A stretch of 63,706 nt of DNA, filler included, from Choristocarpus tenellus KU-1152 (Eukaryota > Protista > Phaeophyceae), in the NCBI GenBank assembly GCA_964200185.2. It is 13 parts of 13 records of this genome, joined end to end, with 100 filler letters (N's around TTAATTAATTAA, not from the genome) between each part and the next. Parts side by side here need not be neighbours in the genome. Positions count along the whole stretch, not along the records: positions 25,040 to 32,321 come from CAXNAD020006413.1; positions 32,422 to 42,603 come from CAXNAD020003095.1; 11 more parts are not named here. One strand, given 5' to 3'. The translations under genes were made by a program, and so were the position numbers. This document shows, in pieces, positions 25,040 to 38,334 of this stretch (its first letter is position 1; every line of letters starts with the position of its first letter). The notes below the pieces were generated by a model, which made no database searches, was not told the origin of the DNA, and saw only the letters and a program-made list of their open reading frames with translations.

Positions 25040-28000
25040 TATCCGCCGGTGAAAGGGTGTGTGGGGGGGGCGCGGGCCGCGGGGGGGGGGGGGGGGAGGG
25101 AGGTACTGTAGTGCTTGTAGTTAATTCCGAGGCGATTTATCAGGCTAGTTGTTAGGCAGGGGAAGTCTGGGTCCGTTCAGGTTCGTGGTCCAGGTTCGTG
25201 ATCCAGGTTGTGGACCTTGTTGTGTAGATAATTTTCGGCCTTGGATTGGGCCTTGCATGAATACACAATGTGAACTGAATGGTGGAGTGGGCTTTTCACA
25301 AGCATTTGCACTGGGTTGGGTCAAGGACCGGGGATTTCACATTGTTCTTGGCCTGATGAAAACAGCACTGGTTTGTGTTAATTGAGAGGTGGAAATGGAT
25401 GGTGAGTGAGCTGTATGTGTACATTGTTGGTGGGTACTTTGAAGAGTGTGAGTTGAGTGCAAGGGTATGAATATGATATTTTTGGGTGTGAAGGTTATTT
25501 CTTATGGACATTGTTGCGTAGAGGATGACCTTAACCTGTCTTGTCTTGTCAATGGTCGACGGTCAACACCCTTGGGTTGCTAAATCTGCCTTTGTTGTTG
25601 CTATATATATAGCATTTCTTTGAAGTACCCTCCTGTTTGTTTTTCCACTAGTACCCCTTGATCACCTTCCTCGTGCCGCTTTGAGCTAGTGTGCTAGTGT
25701 GCTGGTCAACCTCTATAGATGTGGCAATGGTTAATTGCCAGAAGTGTCAATCCACTGAAGGAAGGATTTCTGTTGGTTTGCTGAAGTCATACTCTGAGTG
25801 CTAGGAGGTGTTACCATTGTAGATACTTGAGATGGCTTGCTTTGCACTTGTCTTGGAGGCAGTGTAGCACTACTATGATTCTCTGAAGTGTGTTTGCTGT
25901 AAGTGGTGAATGGAGTGATCCACTGAAGGTGCACTCCCAGTTCAGGAGGAGGAATGCGAAATAACCTGCTGCAGCAAACTGTGAGGTGGTATACAATTCC
26001 ATATATATTTTTTGTATGTTGTTCGACATGTCTTCACTAACACATGGTTCAGTTGCACTCCACTCCAAGTCGACTGCTGGTCATTCTTTATGTTTGTTTA
26101 CCGTTCTATGACTCAAATTGCTACCCCCCCCCCTCGTTGAAACAAATCTGTCCACGCTTAGGTCCTCCGAGACAGAGGTGGGTGCAAACCACCTGCGAAT
26201 GGCTGTTGCTCGAGCAAGAGCATACCGTGAAGTGTACAATGTGGACAATAGTGGCATCTTCTCCTCTGCAATGGGTGGACCACCTGAGGATTAAGAAGCA
26301 GCATGGCAGTAGTAATTTGCGTCAGATCTAGCTAACCACAGTGGTAGTCTCGCCTGCCTGCTGAATCATGGTGACCTTCCATGCAGCGAACTGGTCTGGA
26401 GGAGCGTGGAACTCCCTTTTTGATGTGTAATGAAGGCGCACTGTACAAGCATCTGCTGACCAACCTGATGTCGTGCTGGCGGACTACTTCCAAAAGAGTA
26501 GTTGGTTTTATTGCAGTATTTACCCCTATCACTGGAGGGTGTGACATTTGCTTTCACTACCGATGGACTCAGTAGTGAGTCCTATTCTTTTACTGTGTAC
26601 TGCCTACTATTGGTAGGAGTAGTATGCCGTCTGTTTCTGGAAGTATTGCTTTCTTGAGTAGCTTTAGGTAATTTTGATGCTGTTCATAGAAATTGAAGCA
26701 TGTATTTTTTATATTGCTCACTGATACTATCAGGGCCACCATCAGAAAATTAGTGTACCGATCTGCTGTATTATATGTGTATGGCCTCACCACCATTTAA
26801 GCGAGCTTTATTACAGTGAACTTCCTGAGCCATCATTTGTGCTTGACCGAAGGTATTGATCCTTCATCACAACATGGTGAGTGAGTGGAATGTTGGTTGA
26901 CTACTCGAGACAACATTGGTGTTAAGAAAGGAGATATTTTGTTAGTTAGCTTCATAGTGAGTGTGGAGCAAGTTTAATAGGCCGATCAGTGTCCTCGCTT
27001 GACAGGTATGGTGCGAAAATCGTGTTTGGTTTCAACTGAATTTGGGTAAATATCTTCGATATGTTTGAAAGCTTGAAAACAAAGGAATTTTTGGTTAAAA
27101 CTTAATTGGCTAGATTTTTTTTTGATGAATTCTATTCAACTGTTGGCACATAGAGCAGCGACATACGATTTACGTGCTAAGTTTGCCGAGTTCCCTGTGG
27201 CATCATGAGGTAGGTAATACACTCCCTGGTTTGGATGAAGAACGTCCAGAGGCGTATTTTTTCATATTTTCTGTGCCTCTTCTCATCTACGGAGGCCTTT
27301 CTTCTCCTGTACCTTGGATGGACTATTGCTCATTCATGTCTTTCTTAAGAAAGGTTGAAGAGTATGCTTCGAGGGGTTGACTGTGAAGAGTAAGGTGTAT
27401 TCATCATGTTTTTATTGTACCTCTTTTTGGACTATGCCACATGGTGGTCGCATTGTTGAGATGTCACAGAAGGGGAGAGAAGGTACATAGATGAGAGAGA
27501 ACACAGGCATGCACTATAACCAACACAGATCTGTGTTGTGTGCAGCTTAACAACTTTCACGGAAATAAAGCAAACAGGAGCAAAAGAGAGGTTCTTGCTA
27601 CAACAGCCGTGCTTTCATACTGCAGGTAAATTATGAACCCCAATTCTAGAGGAAGTATCAGCTACTGCTGCTTTCAGAGGATTGCTTCTTGCTTGCCTTC
27701 CTCCCTGCGTCCACGTTCGTCCAAGCACGACCGATGGAAGCAACTACTCACTGTCTGGGTCAAGTCTATTCCTTTTTGGGCATGGCAATATTCCCAGATG
27801 ATAGAACATTTGCTTCGAGTCATCTTGAGAAGCAGGAATCGCCTAAACATAATGGGCAAAGCTTGGTCAAGTGTGGAAAGGATGAAGCCCTTCCTTGCCG
27901 CCACTGAAGGTGGTCACTGAAGTCACATGTCTCACCGCCCACATCAAGGCATAGCTCCATCTTGAAGGAGGGAAATTTTACTCGTCCTGACTGCTCCATA

Positions 28001-28839
28001 TGTTCCCTCATCGACAAAATGGCTCAACCACTCTACCCCAGTTGCTGAACCCCTGGCAGTGTATTCAAGGCCCTGTCTTTTGAACCCCTCTATCTTTTCT
28101 TTCCGGGACTTCAAGCTCACTACTTGGGCAGTGTGTGGCCTATTATGTACTGTTCTAACTGGGTCTAGTATATCCTATGATGATTACTTCACCTCTAGGA
28201 TGTCAACTTCCGACTCTACATGATTCCAAACTACGCCTTACTTGCCTTGGGAAGGGTGTAAAGGTGGTTGGTTCTAGCTTTCAGATTTCCAGGAGGTGGT
28301 CAGCATCTTCTTCCCTTTTAACCCTTTGAGCTTCCAACACGAATCCTCAGATAAAAACATGATGATTTTGGTCCAATTACCGAAGCGGTGGTAAGAATCG
28401 CATCATGTCCGTTGCACACAGCAACATAGCATTGTTGGTGACCCACATACTTCTTCCTCATCGTTGCAGGGAAGCCAAGCAATGGATTGCAACTCATCCA
28501 CTAGTTGAAGGAGGTCATCATGTAGGTCGCAGGTTCAGGAGATTATCTGGGATCTGCTCACGTAGATCTCACCCTCAAGACATTTCTGGATCTTAGGCAC
28601 CGGAACCTTTGCCATCAAAGGCAGGTCATGAATATAGTGAAACAATGGAATTAACGGGTTTGATATTTACGGACGAAACAGATACTATTATCTAAAGACA
28701 ATGCGTCAATACAATATTCTATTTAATAGAACACATTCTGTACAGGTTAACTAGTTGACCTCCACCTGCGATGTCAGTTTGGACCACATTAATTTTGTAT
28801 CTACGTTGGAATGTGCTCATCTTACTTCCCACTGGAATG

Positions 28840-29670
28840 GTGTCAGTTACATATGGCTTGGATAGACCACGACCTGTTGTTGACCCGTTTCAATCATCCA
28901 ACAACTGTCCCATATCCATAACATATTCATCATGGTGACTTGAGCGGGAATATGGCGAAGTGTTTGGAGTAAATTTCGGTTACACATCGCTTGGATGAAT
29001 CCAAAAATTGTTTTTTGACCGTCCCACCTAGGCCATATCCGTAACAAAATAATTGTGACTTTGAGCAGCAACATCTTAAAGGATTTGGAGCAAATATCGG
29101 TTACAAACCGCTTGGATGGATCCAATACTGTTAATTTGTTGTCCCACCCACCCAATGGCTGCCTCCTATCCGTAAGATACAAACAGCAACTTGAGCAGCA
29201 ACATTTTGACGTATTTGGCATTATAAATATCAGCTACACCTTACTTGGATCACAAACTGTTCTTAGACTGTTTCACATGCGCCATATCCATGAGACAATG
29301 ATGAAATGAGGGGCAACATTTTGAAGTTATTTTGCTTTAAGTGTCAGTTCGACATAGCTCGGATGGATCGCAAACTACTGTTGGCCGTTTCACCCGCCCA
29401 ATATCTGGCCCATATGCTCAATACATTTATGGTGACTCAAGTTCGAGCAGCAACGTTTTGATTAGTTGGCATTATTGACAGTTACACATCATCACATGGA
29501 TAGATCCAAAAATGTTGCTCGACTGCTTCACACATCCAATAACTGTACTGTATCCAAATAATTTATGGTGACTGAAGCGGCAACATTTTGAAGTATTCGG
29601 AATACGTGTCAGTTACTCATTGCTTGTATGGGTCCTAAACTGTTGGTTTACCGTTTCACCCTCCCAATAT
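28840..29670. repeat. Degenerate tandem array, ~7 units of ~115-135 bp
   Basis: TCAGTTACA...CTTGGATGGATCC...CCATATCC...GAGCAGCAACATTTTGAAG recurs near 28844, 28978, 29098, 29231, 29345, 29479, 29610. Confidence 0.82.
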
Positions 29671-29691
29671 GAGAGTAAAGATCTGCAATCA

Positions 29692-29872
29692 GGCTCAAAG
29701 TATCTGGAGGGGGGGTGGCGGCTGTCCATTTGGGGTCAATTTTTTCATGTTGCGATTTTTTGGTGATACGGTTGCATACTTCGAGTGGATAATGTAAGTG
29801 CCTTTTTTTTCTGGTCATGGTCCAAACCGACACCCTGGTGTAGACCCCACCCCCCCTCAGACACTTTGGGTC
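29692..29872 (-). mobile_element. MITE family B (full length)
   Basis: GGCTCAAAGTATCTGG...CAGACACTTTGGGTC; TSD TCA. Confidence 0.92.
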
Positions 29873-31488
29873 TCATCATGTGCACCTGATGCGCAGTAAG
29901 CTCCTTCACCATGAAAGAGTGAAAATCAACAAAACTATTAACTATACTTAAAGCAAAGCCCTCTGTGAAACCACGACTTTTGGAGTGCCTTACTAAAGTA
30001 ATTAGGATGAGAACCCATGGGTCCGGGTAACTGTCTCGGTTTCCATTAAGGGGGTGGGTTATCACGAGAATGGCACTTCAACTATTTGCACCTAGGTTGA
30101 GTGGCCTTGTGGGAATGAGATGAACTCTCTCATCCCCCCCTTTGCCTCGAAGGCATCTCTTTCCTTTCCTCCTAACACTGGTAATGGGCATTTCACAAGA
30201 TTATTGCTGTTCTTGTCACCCTCCTTCCAGCACACTGAAACACCACAAACGTTTGCAAGAGGGAGTCAGTTTCTCCAGAGGAGGAAACCTTGCAGAACAG
30301 GGCTCAAGGGACGAACTCTAGTCATCAATTCCCTTGCCTCTCTTCCTCACAAAAAGAATCCTTCTGAAGTTATGGAGGAAACCTTCAAATACAACCATCG
30401 AGCAGGAGACCAATAGTGTTGGTCAATTTCCAAGTGTTCCTAAGAGAGAAGCGGTCACTCACTCATCACACACAAGGCATTGCATATGGCATAGAAGGGC
30501 TGAAAACCTTTCAATATAATGTACGCTTTTGAACCTTTGCCTCCAGCGGTTTCAAACAACACAAAGTTGTTGGAATTGGCATGCCTTCAATGGTGTGGTC
30601 AATACCCCGAGTTTGTTACGGATTTCGCCTTTTTCAAGTGTGGTACCCTCCTTGGATCACAGGCAGCAGAGCCTATTAAGGGGACTATTACCCATCACCA
30701 CCAACAACTCTACCCTCCAACAAACCCTCATGACAGATAGTTCTGGTGTGGGTTAGGCAGATGAAGAGATGACACTGTTGAGCAAAACAACATAGAAACT
30801 AGTGTAGCAAGAGCGACAACTTCCACTTTCGCTCTTTCACTCCTCGACACCACTGTCCAACACAAATACCTTTTATCACTCTGTCTCAAAACAATCTCTT
30901 CCTTTTCAATCCCTTTCTTTCTTACCTTTGAACAAAAAAAAAATGTCCATGTGACCCTTTAGTTGACAACCACCCAATACCATCATAAAGAGATGAGCAA
31001 TATCATCTGTGATTCCCTCCCCTGCAACACCCGTCTCCCCCCTACCCTCACCACCTATTCCTGGTGAAGTACCCCACCAACCACTTCTCCCAGATCTTGT
31101 CTCTCCTCAATCAGGTAGGTATCTACTACCGCCCCCCAACCCTAACCCTAAACATCCCTGCAACTCCCCCCATACACACTACCCCAACTGAGCCATTCCT
31201 AGCCAATACCCACTGTATCTCAACAACCAACTCACACTCTACAGAATCAACTACACGCCTTCCCAAGGCATCAAGCGAGAGGTTACCCTTAGCGGGCTGA
31301 CAGGCCCGGGGGCATCTCATACACTGCCCAACGACGATTGTGCTGTTCTCCAGGGGGTGTGGGCCCAGAGCAGGCAAGATCAGTGCACCCACATGCCTTG
31401 TCCGTTTTGTCAAGACATGAGTTCAGGCACCTTCCCAAAACGGGCATACAGACAAGCCAGAGGACCCACCACATTGCACATCACACAG

Positions 31489-31545
31489 TGAGAGAGAGAG
31501 AGAGAGAGATAGAGAGATAGAGATAGAGATAGTGAGAGGGAGAGT
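31489..31545. repeat. (GA)n/(GAGATA)n microsatellite
   Basis: Directly visible. Confidence 0.9.
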
Positions 31546-32321
31546 TAAAATGGTGCAAAAGAAAAAGAAACACGGTAGCAAGACAAACGACTTCAATAAA
31601 AAAAATAATGTGACGTACATTGATAGTGTGAACATCGACACGAGGAGGAGATGTTAACCCCAACCCTAACGATAAGTGCAGCCAAGGCATTTACTTTTGA
31701 TTGGCTCAATGTCATGTGTAATGTGTTCCCCTTATCCCAACTGGACAAAAAGTGTTCCTCTTCATGCAACCATGGTATTGGTTCACTCGAGGAGGAACTG
31801 GATCAAGCCAGGAAAGTTGAAAAAAAATATAGCGAAATGGGGGCGGGGGGAGGGGGGGAAGATGCGGGGTGTCCCAATGCAAAATGTTCAAAAAAGAACA
31901 CAAACTTGGGGCAATGCTTAGGGCAATCATGGTGAAGCGGCAGAGTCAATCAGAGCCGGTATTACAAACAAACAAAAAATATATCGCAGCAGGTAACAAA
32001 AACTTGGAAGAGGTGACAACGCCAAGATTTGGAAGGATATTTTTATTACATTTTTTTTTTTTGAATTTTGAGCATCCATCTAATCTGTAGAAAAGCATTT
32101 CATTTGCTGTTGGGAGAAGTGTGTGCATCAGGCGAATACTTTAAGATAAATCACACATATCGGGAGAAATTTCTTCTCAGTCAAGGATTAAAAAAACCCT
32201 TTTTAGAACACAAAAACCTAAAAAAAGAATGGAAACCCATTGATTCACTGGCCACACTTCAGTCTTTTTCATAGAACACCCCCCACATCCGATTACATCA
32301 AAAGCTTGCTTACCCCCCCCC

Positions 32322-32421
32322 NNNNNNNNNNNNNNNNNNNNNNNNNNNNNNNNNNNNNNNNNNNNTTAATTAATTAANNNNNNNNNNNNNNNNNNNNNNN
32401 NNNNNNNNNNNNNNNNNNNNN
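32322..32421. other. Artificial contig linker
   Basis: Same 100-bp linker. Confidence 0.98.
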
Positions 32422-32602
32422 TGGTGTGGGGGGGGGGGGGTGTGGTTGGTAGGGGGGCATCTGTTTCGGTCAAACAACTCTTTTTTTTGCTGACTTTTCA
32501 AATCCGACACGTGCGACCAAATCACACCAAAAAAGTGAAATTCGAAAAAAGGGTGAAAAACGGGCGCCGACACTCCCCCCCCCTCCCAAGATACTTTGAC
32601 CC
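32422..32602 (+). mobile_element. MITE family C (left TIR lost at contig start)
   Basis: Homologous to 55561-55736; ends AGATACTTTGACCC. Confidence 0.85.
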
Positions 32603-32605
32603 TGT

Positions 32606-32789
32606 GATCCAAAACATACGAGGGGGGAGGAGGGGGTCTAGACCAGGGTGTCCATTTGGGTCAAAACCAGGAAAAGTGCATTTACATTAGTAATCCATCC
32701 AACGTATGCAACCATATCACACAAAAATAGCGACAGGAAAAAAATGACCCCAAATGGACAGCCGCCACCCCCCCCAGATTCTATGAGCC
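32606..32789 (+). mobile_element. MITE family B, 3 bp from the C copy
   Basis: Degenerate TIRs; TSD TGT. Confidence 0.87.
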
Positions 32790-35700
32790 TGTAAATGCTT
32801 CCTTTTCACACCTTCTCCTTGATGCTAAATTGTTAGAAGAAAAGGACTGACAGAGGGGATGCTAGACACCGTTCAAACAAAGAAAGGGGATGGGGGGGGG
32901 GAGAGTTGCCACATTCTTGTTTCCTCTCTGTCCTCTGCGGATTCCCCGAGTAGGATGTACTCTTCTGTCTTGTTAAGAAAGATCAGGCTTAGTTTCTTGT
33001 TGAGTGGTGCCCATCTCCGCCCTCTGTGATCGTAGCAATTATCTGGAACATCGGGGTGATACCTGCTCCCCCAACTGCTGTGCCTAGCTAGCTGGGCTAG
33101 ATTTCATCTACTAGGGGGTGGGGGGGGGTGGGGTGGGTTGGATACAGGCAATAACAGAATCATACATGCACGGATGTAAAACAAGGGTCCGTGTACAAAT
33201 ATTTGATAAAGAATCGATTTACATACCTACATGGATGGTATGAACAGGTAAAACCGGGGTATGCCAAAGGTGCAACACACACACACATACATACACACAC
33301 ATACACACACAAATATATCCACACAGAAATATATATATATATCCATAACTGTCTGCTGGAAGGAAAGTTCATGGCAAAACAACTGTTACCTACACAGTGT
33401 GTAGTGATGATTGTGTGCTTGACTGGAGTTATGTGATCATTTGCTATTATAATTTCCCGTAAATAACATGTTGCTACTTCTGCTACACTAGCAATCATCA
33501 TGAAAGGTAAGAGCACACCCTCGGGACTGGAAAAATCACTGCTATACCATGTGCAAATGTTGGAGTGACATGTAGAAGCTCACACCTGTTCCTGTTTCTT
33601 CCCCATCCCTCCAATAGATCGCTCGTCGTATATGATTTTCAACAGTAAGAATTCGTGTATCTTGCTACAAACCGCACTTTTTTTCTATTGCCATCTATTC
33701 CTAAATGTGGAAGTTAAGGGATGGGAATGCAAGGGAGTGAGAGGTCACATCTCCTTTCCATCTAAGTATGCCAACATGTGTGAAAGAGACTTGGTGAGGT
33801 GTACTGTATGTTCATTGTAGTTTGACCTATATTTTTGGTTGCAAGACACAAGCATACACATAATTCTATATCAATTGGCAACACAATATAATAAATGCAG
33901 GAAGAGAGGTATAGCATATATACATTCATTCTCAAATCTCAGATGTGCTGGTGTCTTGTTATTGTTGCTCTTCCTAAAATGACCAAGATTACAAAATATT
34001 ATTATCATTAGTGAGTGACTTTTCATAGGAAAAGTACCAACAAATGTCAAGATTGCGTTTTTGTTTTTTGCTGTTCCTTGTTATCTAAATTTACATGGCA
34101 AAACAATATCAGCAGGTTTCCCAAGGAGAACATCATTGCATCCTAAAGAGAATGCTGGCAGCTACGATCCACACAAGAACAGTGACACTTTCACCACACT
34201 ACACAGTCCACAGGGGCACCACAAATAGCATATGCATCCAACTGGTCTCCTTTACCTGGCATAGCAACCCATGTGAGTATATCCTGAACCGAAAAATCCA
34301 ACAAATATACTAGACTATCATTCTTTTAAACACACCAAATATATCCATACTTTTTGTTTTAACCCTCTTTTCCGTTCTGATGAAAAAACAGTGAGAAGAG
34401 CTCGACTGCAGCGACCAGCAAGAAGGTAAACAACCTTGAGAAAGGGCAACAGTTCTTTCTAACACACCTCAAGAAAAATATACTTCATGGATTCATCCCC
34501 AAAGAGCAAAGCAGGATTAGATTGTGAGCAACATTGTTGTCATAGCTCAGCCAAAAAGTGAACAACAATACTCATGCGATCTGGCAATCATTAGGTATAT
34601 ACAAATTGGGTAGTTCCTACGCATGTCCTGCACAAGCAGCAAAACTCCTGGGTCAATCCTACCATTGTGAGCCAAGACTTCAGTGCTGGACCTTTTCTTC
34701 GAGGAACTTGGTATCCCTGATGTATCATCTTGGTACATACACTACAAATATTGTCCAAAAGCCTTATGCCACCAGTCGTGGACCGCACGGACGGTCCCTG
34801 ACAATGACTGAGCCAACACCACGATCAAACTGCCCCACCAATTTGTCGGTGGGGTGTGGTTCTTTGGAGTATTTTGGACAGAACTCTGCCATGTACTCCG
34901 TTTGATCAGCCGGGAAATTGGCCCGATCTGATCATACTCTATCAACGCGTGGATCATGCGCGGATGGTATGCGAAGCCACCACGCTGGCATGTTCGGAAA
35001 ACCTCTAGTTCATGGTCAGTTATATCAGTTGCTCTCCGGTAGCTTCGAGCTGTCTTCCGTCCAGTGCGCCTGTACTCTTCCTTCACCGCTCGAATCATTG
35101 AGCTGGTCTCGTCTGCCTTCTTCCTCCTATTTCCTGGAGGATATAAACAATTCCAAGAGGGGATATCTGTTAACGTGAGGGTGATTGCTTGAGTTTGATT
35201 GGGAGTTCGACCAGACACAGCGGAAATTTAGGGGAATAGATAACAGACTCCAAGAGGGTTGAACTGCAAACATCGGGATAATTGCTTCAGGTTAGGACTT
35301 GGCACCAGTCACGGTTGGACTGAACCCCATCGCTTGCCCAGAAACCAAGCCTCTACCACCAAACTAGAAACGTGGAACTACAAAACCTAATATTAGCTTT
35401 TACGGCATGTTTTTGTACAAAACTACTCGTATGGGTATTCTGAGAAGTACCCCCCTGACCTCCTGTGGTCGAAGTCAAAAACGAAACCGTACAGAATACA
35501 CCCGTCGCTATTCGCAAGTGGACTACAGACAGCTCAAAATCTTGCGATCATGGCAAGAAACAATACTAGGTGTTTGAGTGCCCCACGATGAGATAAAGGG
35601 GCATCGAATCAATCGATACAAGGCATATTATCAACAAGGTCGGTACACAATACAGTTACACCGTCCCATTCGTGCGCTTCAAACCTTACCTCCCACGACG

Positions 35701-37333
35701 AACTGGTTACCCCAACTGAGGATGCCTGACTCCTTAGTTTGTCGTCCACGATTGTCACCGCCACGATTCCAATCTCTGACGCCGTTTGCTGAGTGGAGCT
35801 GCGCCATGATGAGGTATATCCAATAGGTACGACTTGTAGAAGTAGGGTTATTCCTCTTCTGCAATGTTACCACGTTGTACCTGTGTAGTAACCTAAAAAA
35901 GTTGTGAATGGACGAAAAAATTGTATGATCGAGGCCGAGCAGTACTGTTATTGTTGTCGATTTGTGTACACTTGGACGAAACATAATGTTCATGCATCCA
36001 GAAGAAGTTTTCCGCAAGGAGGTAGCTAGTATATATGATAGGTGATTGTAAAAACGGAAAGAGAGCGTAGGTTGCAAATATACTCGATAGGAATAAGTAG
36101 AGAACAAGGGGCAGGCGAGGAGCTTAGTATATAATATATGACTCGGGAAACCATGAATAAGTGAAGTCGGACAAGGCTTACCTACTCCTGCTAAACTCCT
36201 TTAGAGCGTAGGGCGTTGTGAAGAATAAAGACGCGTACTGTCGACAAGGCGGTAGGTTTCGAGTAAGGTGTAGACACTGATGGATTGATGTGGTGTGTGG
36301 TTTGGGTTGATGATGGTGTGTGAGTCGTGGGCACGACGTAGCGAAAAAAAGGAATTAAATGTATTTCAAATGAGAAACAAGAGTATTGTACTGAAGGTGT
36401 ATAAGATGGGAGATAGTAGTTGACTCAATAGTAGTTGACTTTATATCAATAAAAAAAATGTTTTGAAATAGGCATTAAAATCCTATTTTCTTATTCCACT
36501 TTAATATTTTTGAATCTCATTTCTATTAATCATAGTATTATAATGAATTTCTAAATGTTAGTGTATTTTGAAGGTGATTAAGTCACTGTCACGAGTATTT
36601 TCCGTTTTTCTATTTCCATTTTCCACACTAGTATTTCCTCCTACATTCACTATAAGAGGAAAATATACTTTGTTGTGGTGGAAAATGTGTTCTTAGAAGT
36701 ACGAAGTATAATTTAGAAATAGTTCCACTTCAAATTGTATCTTGAGGAATAGTATATTAGAATTGAAATATATATAGATCTTACAAATAATATGGAAATA
36801 TATAATCATGTTTATTTAAGGATATTCTCACATCACATCTCAACTCTTTTTAGGCTTCTGAAAGTATTTCAACTATCACATATATACATGGAATTATTTG
36901 GATCCCTTCTCTTTAGTTGTTTTGCTTCTTTTGATCGAACAATAGAAAAAGTAGGAACATCGAAAATGGTATATAGGTAGAAAAAATGAAATATCTTTAA
37001 TATTTGCGACAACTGTTACATTTTCAAAGTTGTTCTGATATTGGATTGGGTTTTCATCAGGTTTTTCCTAGACACATTTGGAAAATGTTCGAGTGCACAA
37101 TTTTTTATTATGTGTAGTATAATGATACCACTGACTCCGCCGATGGGGTTGTGTAGACATCGTATTTAAAAAATAAAAGCACATTCGTGATGCCTGTCAC
37201 AAGCCTCCGAGGCATCGGCTTTGTTTTTTTCGCAATAAAATATATAATGAAAGACCAATCATATTGGGGTTCGAAACCCTAGATTGGAGGCCACCATGGG
37301 TGGCAACAGATGCACTAATACTTGATTGAAGTA

Positions 37334-38137
37334 TTCTTTCTCTGACCCAAAATCTAACCTACATTCGGACAAAAACCGGTATAAATCATGCTCCTTGACG
37401 AATTTTTAAAAACGTTTTTTTAGTGGTATTCGTTGGCTTTTGCGCAATGGGACCAAAAACACGCAAAAAAATGACCGTGGGTGGTGCGATCCTCAGCCCC
37501 ACGAAGAGCACGGGGAAATCAGCCTCAGGTCGGGGATTTCCCGTTTTGTTGAACATAACATCACCTGTGAGCGATGTCGGTGAGTAGGGCTGACGTTCTG
37601 ACACGAAAGAGTAAGAATCTGAACGAAAACGAGCGCCGAGCTGTGATTGATGAGCTGCTCAAAGGCAGCAACCAAGGGGTTCTCCGCCGCGTCGAACTGA
37701 CGCGAGTTGCCCACATATTTGGCACCAAGCGCTGGAGCATCGCCCGTGTGTGGAAGTCTTACGAGCAGCAGAAGGCGCAAGGTGTGCAGAATCCGAGCTT
37801 GGTGAGTGGTCGCAAGGGGAAATGAGGCCGAAAGTAGGGCAACATAGCCCCGCACATCGAGATGCTCAAGACGATCCCTCTCAAGATGCGAACCATGCAT
37901 CGCTCGATCAGACCGATCGGTCTGTGCGGTACTCCATGTCCAGGGATAGTATCCATGTATCCTCGGTTCCAATCACAAAAAAAATGCCACATATGCTCCC
38001 TGATACATGTTCAAGCACATGCAAATCACTATTTTGTGCTGGGATCACCCTCAATTGGCCAAACGTACTTCTTAGTACCAAATGTAGCTTATATTTCGGT
38101 TTTTCCTAATGTAGCTTATATTTTGGGTCAAATTAAG
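37334..38137 (+). mobile_element. Internally deleted non-autonomous mariner element
   Basis: TA-flanked imperfect TIRs (TGACCCAAAATCTAACCTACATT / AATGTAGCTTATATTTTGGGTCA); retains N-terminal HTH ORF 37574-37825 LNENERRAVIDELL...VAHIFG...IARVW...SGRKGK*GRK. Confidence 0.82.
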
Positions 38138-38139
38138 TA

Positions 38140-38334
38140 TTTGTTTAGGGGGAAAAAACCCTCCCCACCCTTCCTTCCTGTGTGTTCACACACCCACTCT
38201 TTGACCTCGGCAAGGATGTCTTCGTTGACGCCCAGAACGAAACGCCTCTCGTAGCGCCCTTGCTCCGACACCTTGATGTGGCCCTTAGTTAGGAAGTCTC
38301 TCTCCCATTTACTCACAGTTTCCGACCTGACCAT
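38140..38334 (-). pseudogene. Possible transposase N-terminal fragment (IS630/Tc1-related)
   Basis: ETVSKWERDF..G....SEQGRY...NEDILAEVKEWV resembles recalled N-termini of eukaryotic DDE transposases; ends at the mariner insertion. Confidence 0.35.

Noticed and set aside
25500-28600. Decayed coding-like sequence, possibly TE-derived (also 30000-30800, 38760-39500, 44100-46700)
   Set aside because: No motif I can recognise with confidence; needs a frameshift-aware protein search
28840-29670. CRISPR-like array (also 58840-59540 and 55145-55293)
   Set aside because: Units are homologous along their whole length, there are no identical repeats with unique spacers, no cas genes, and the context is eukaryotic
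35310-35370. Functional tRNA gene
   Set aside because: Only degenerate A/B-box-like words and no cloverleaf; at most a SINE relic
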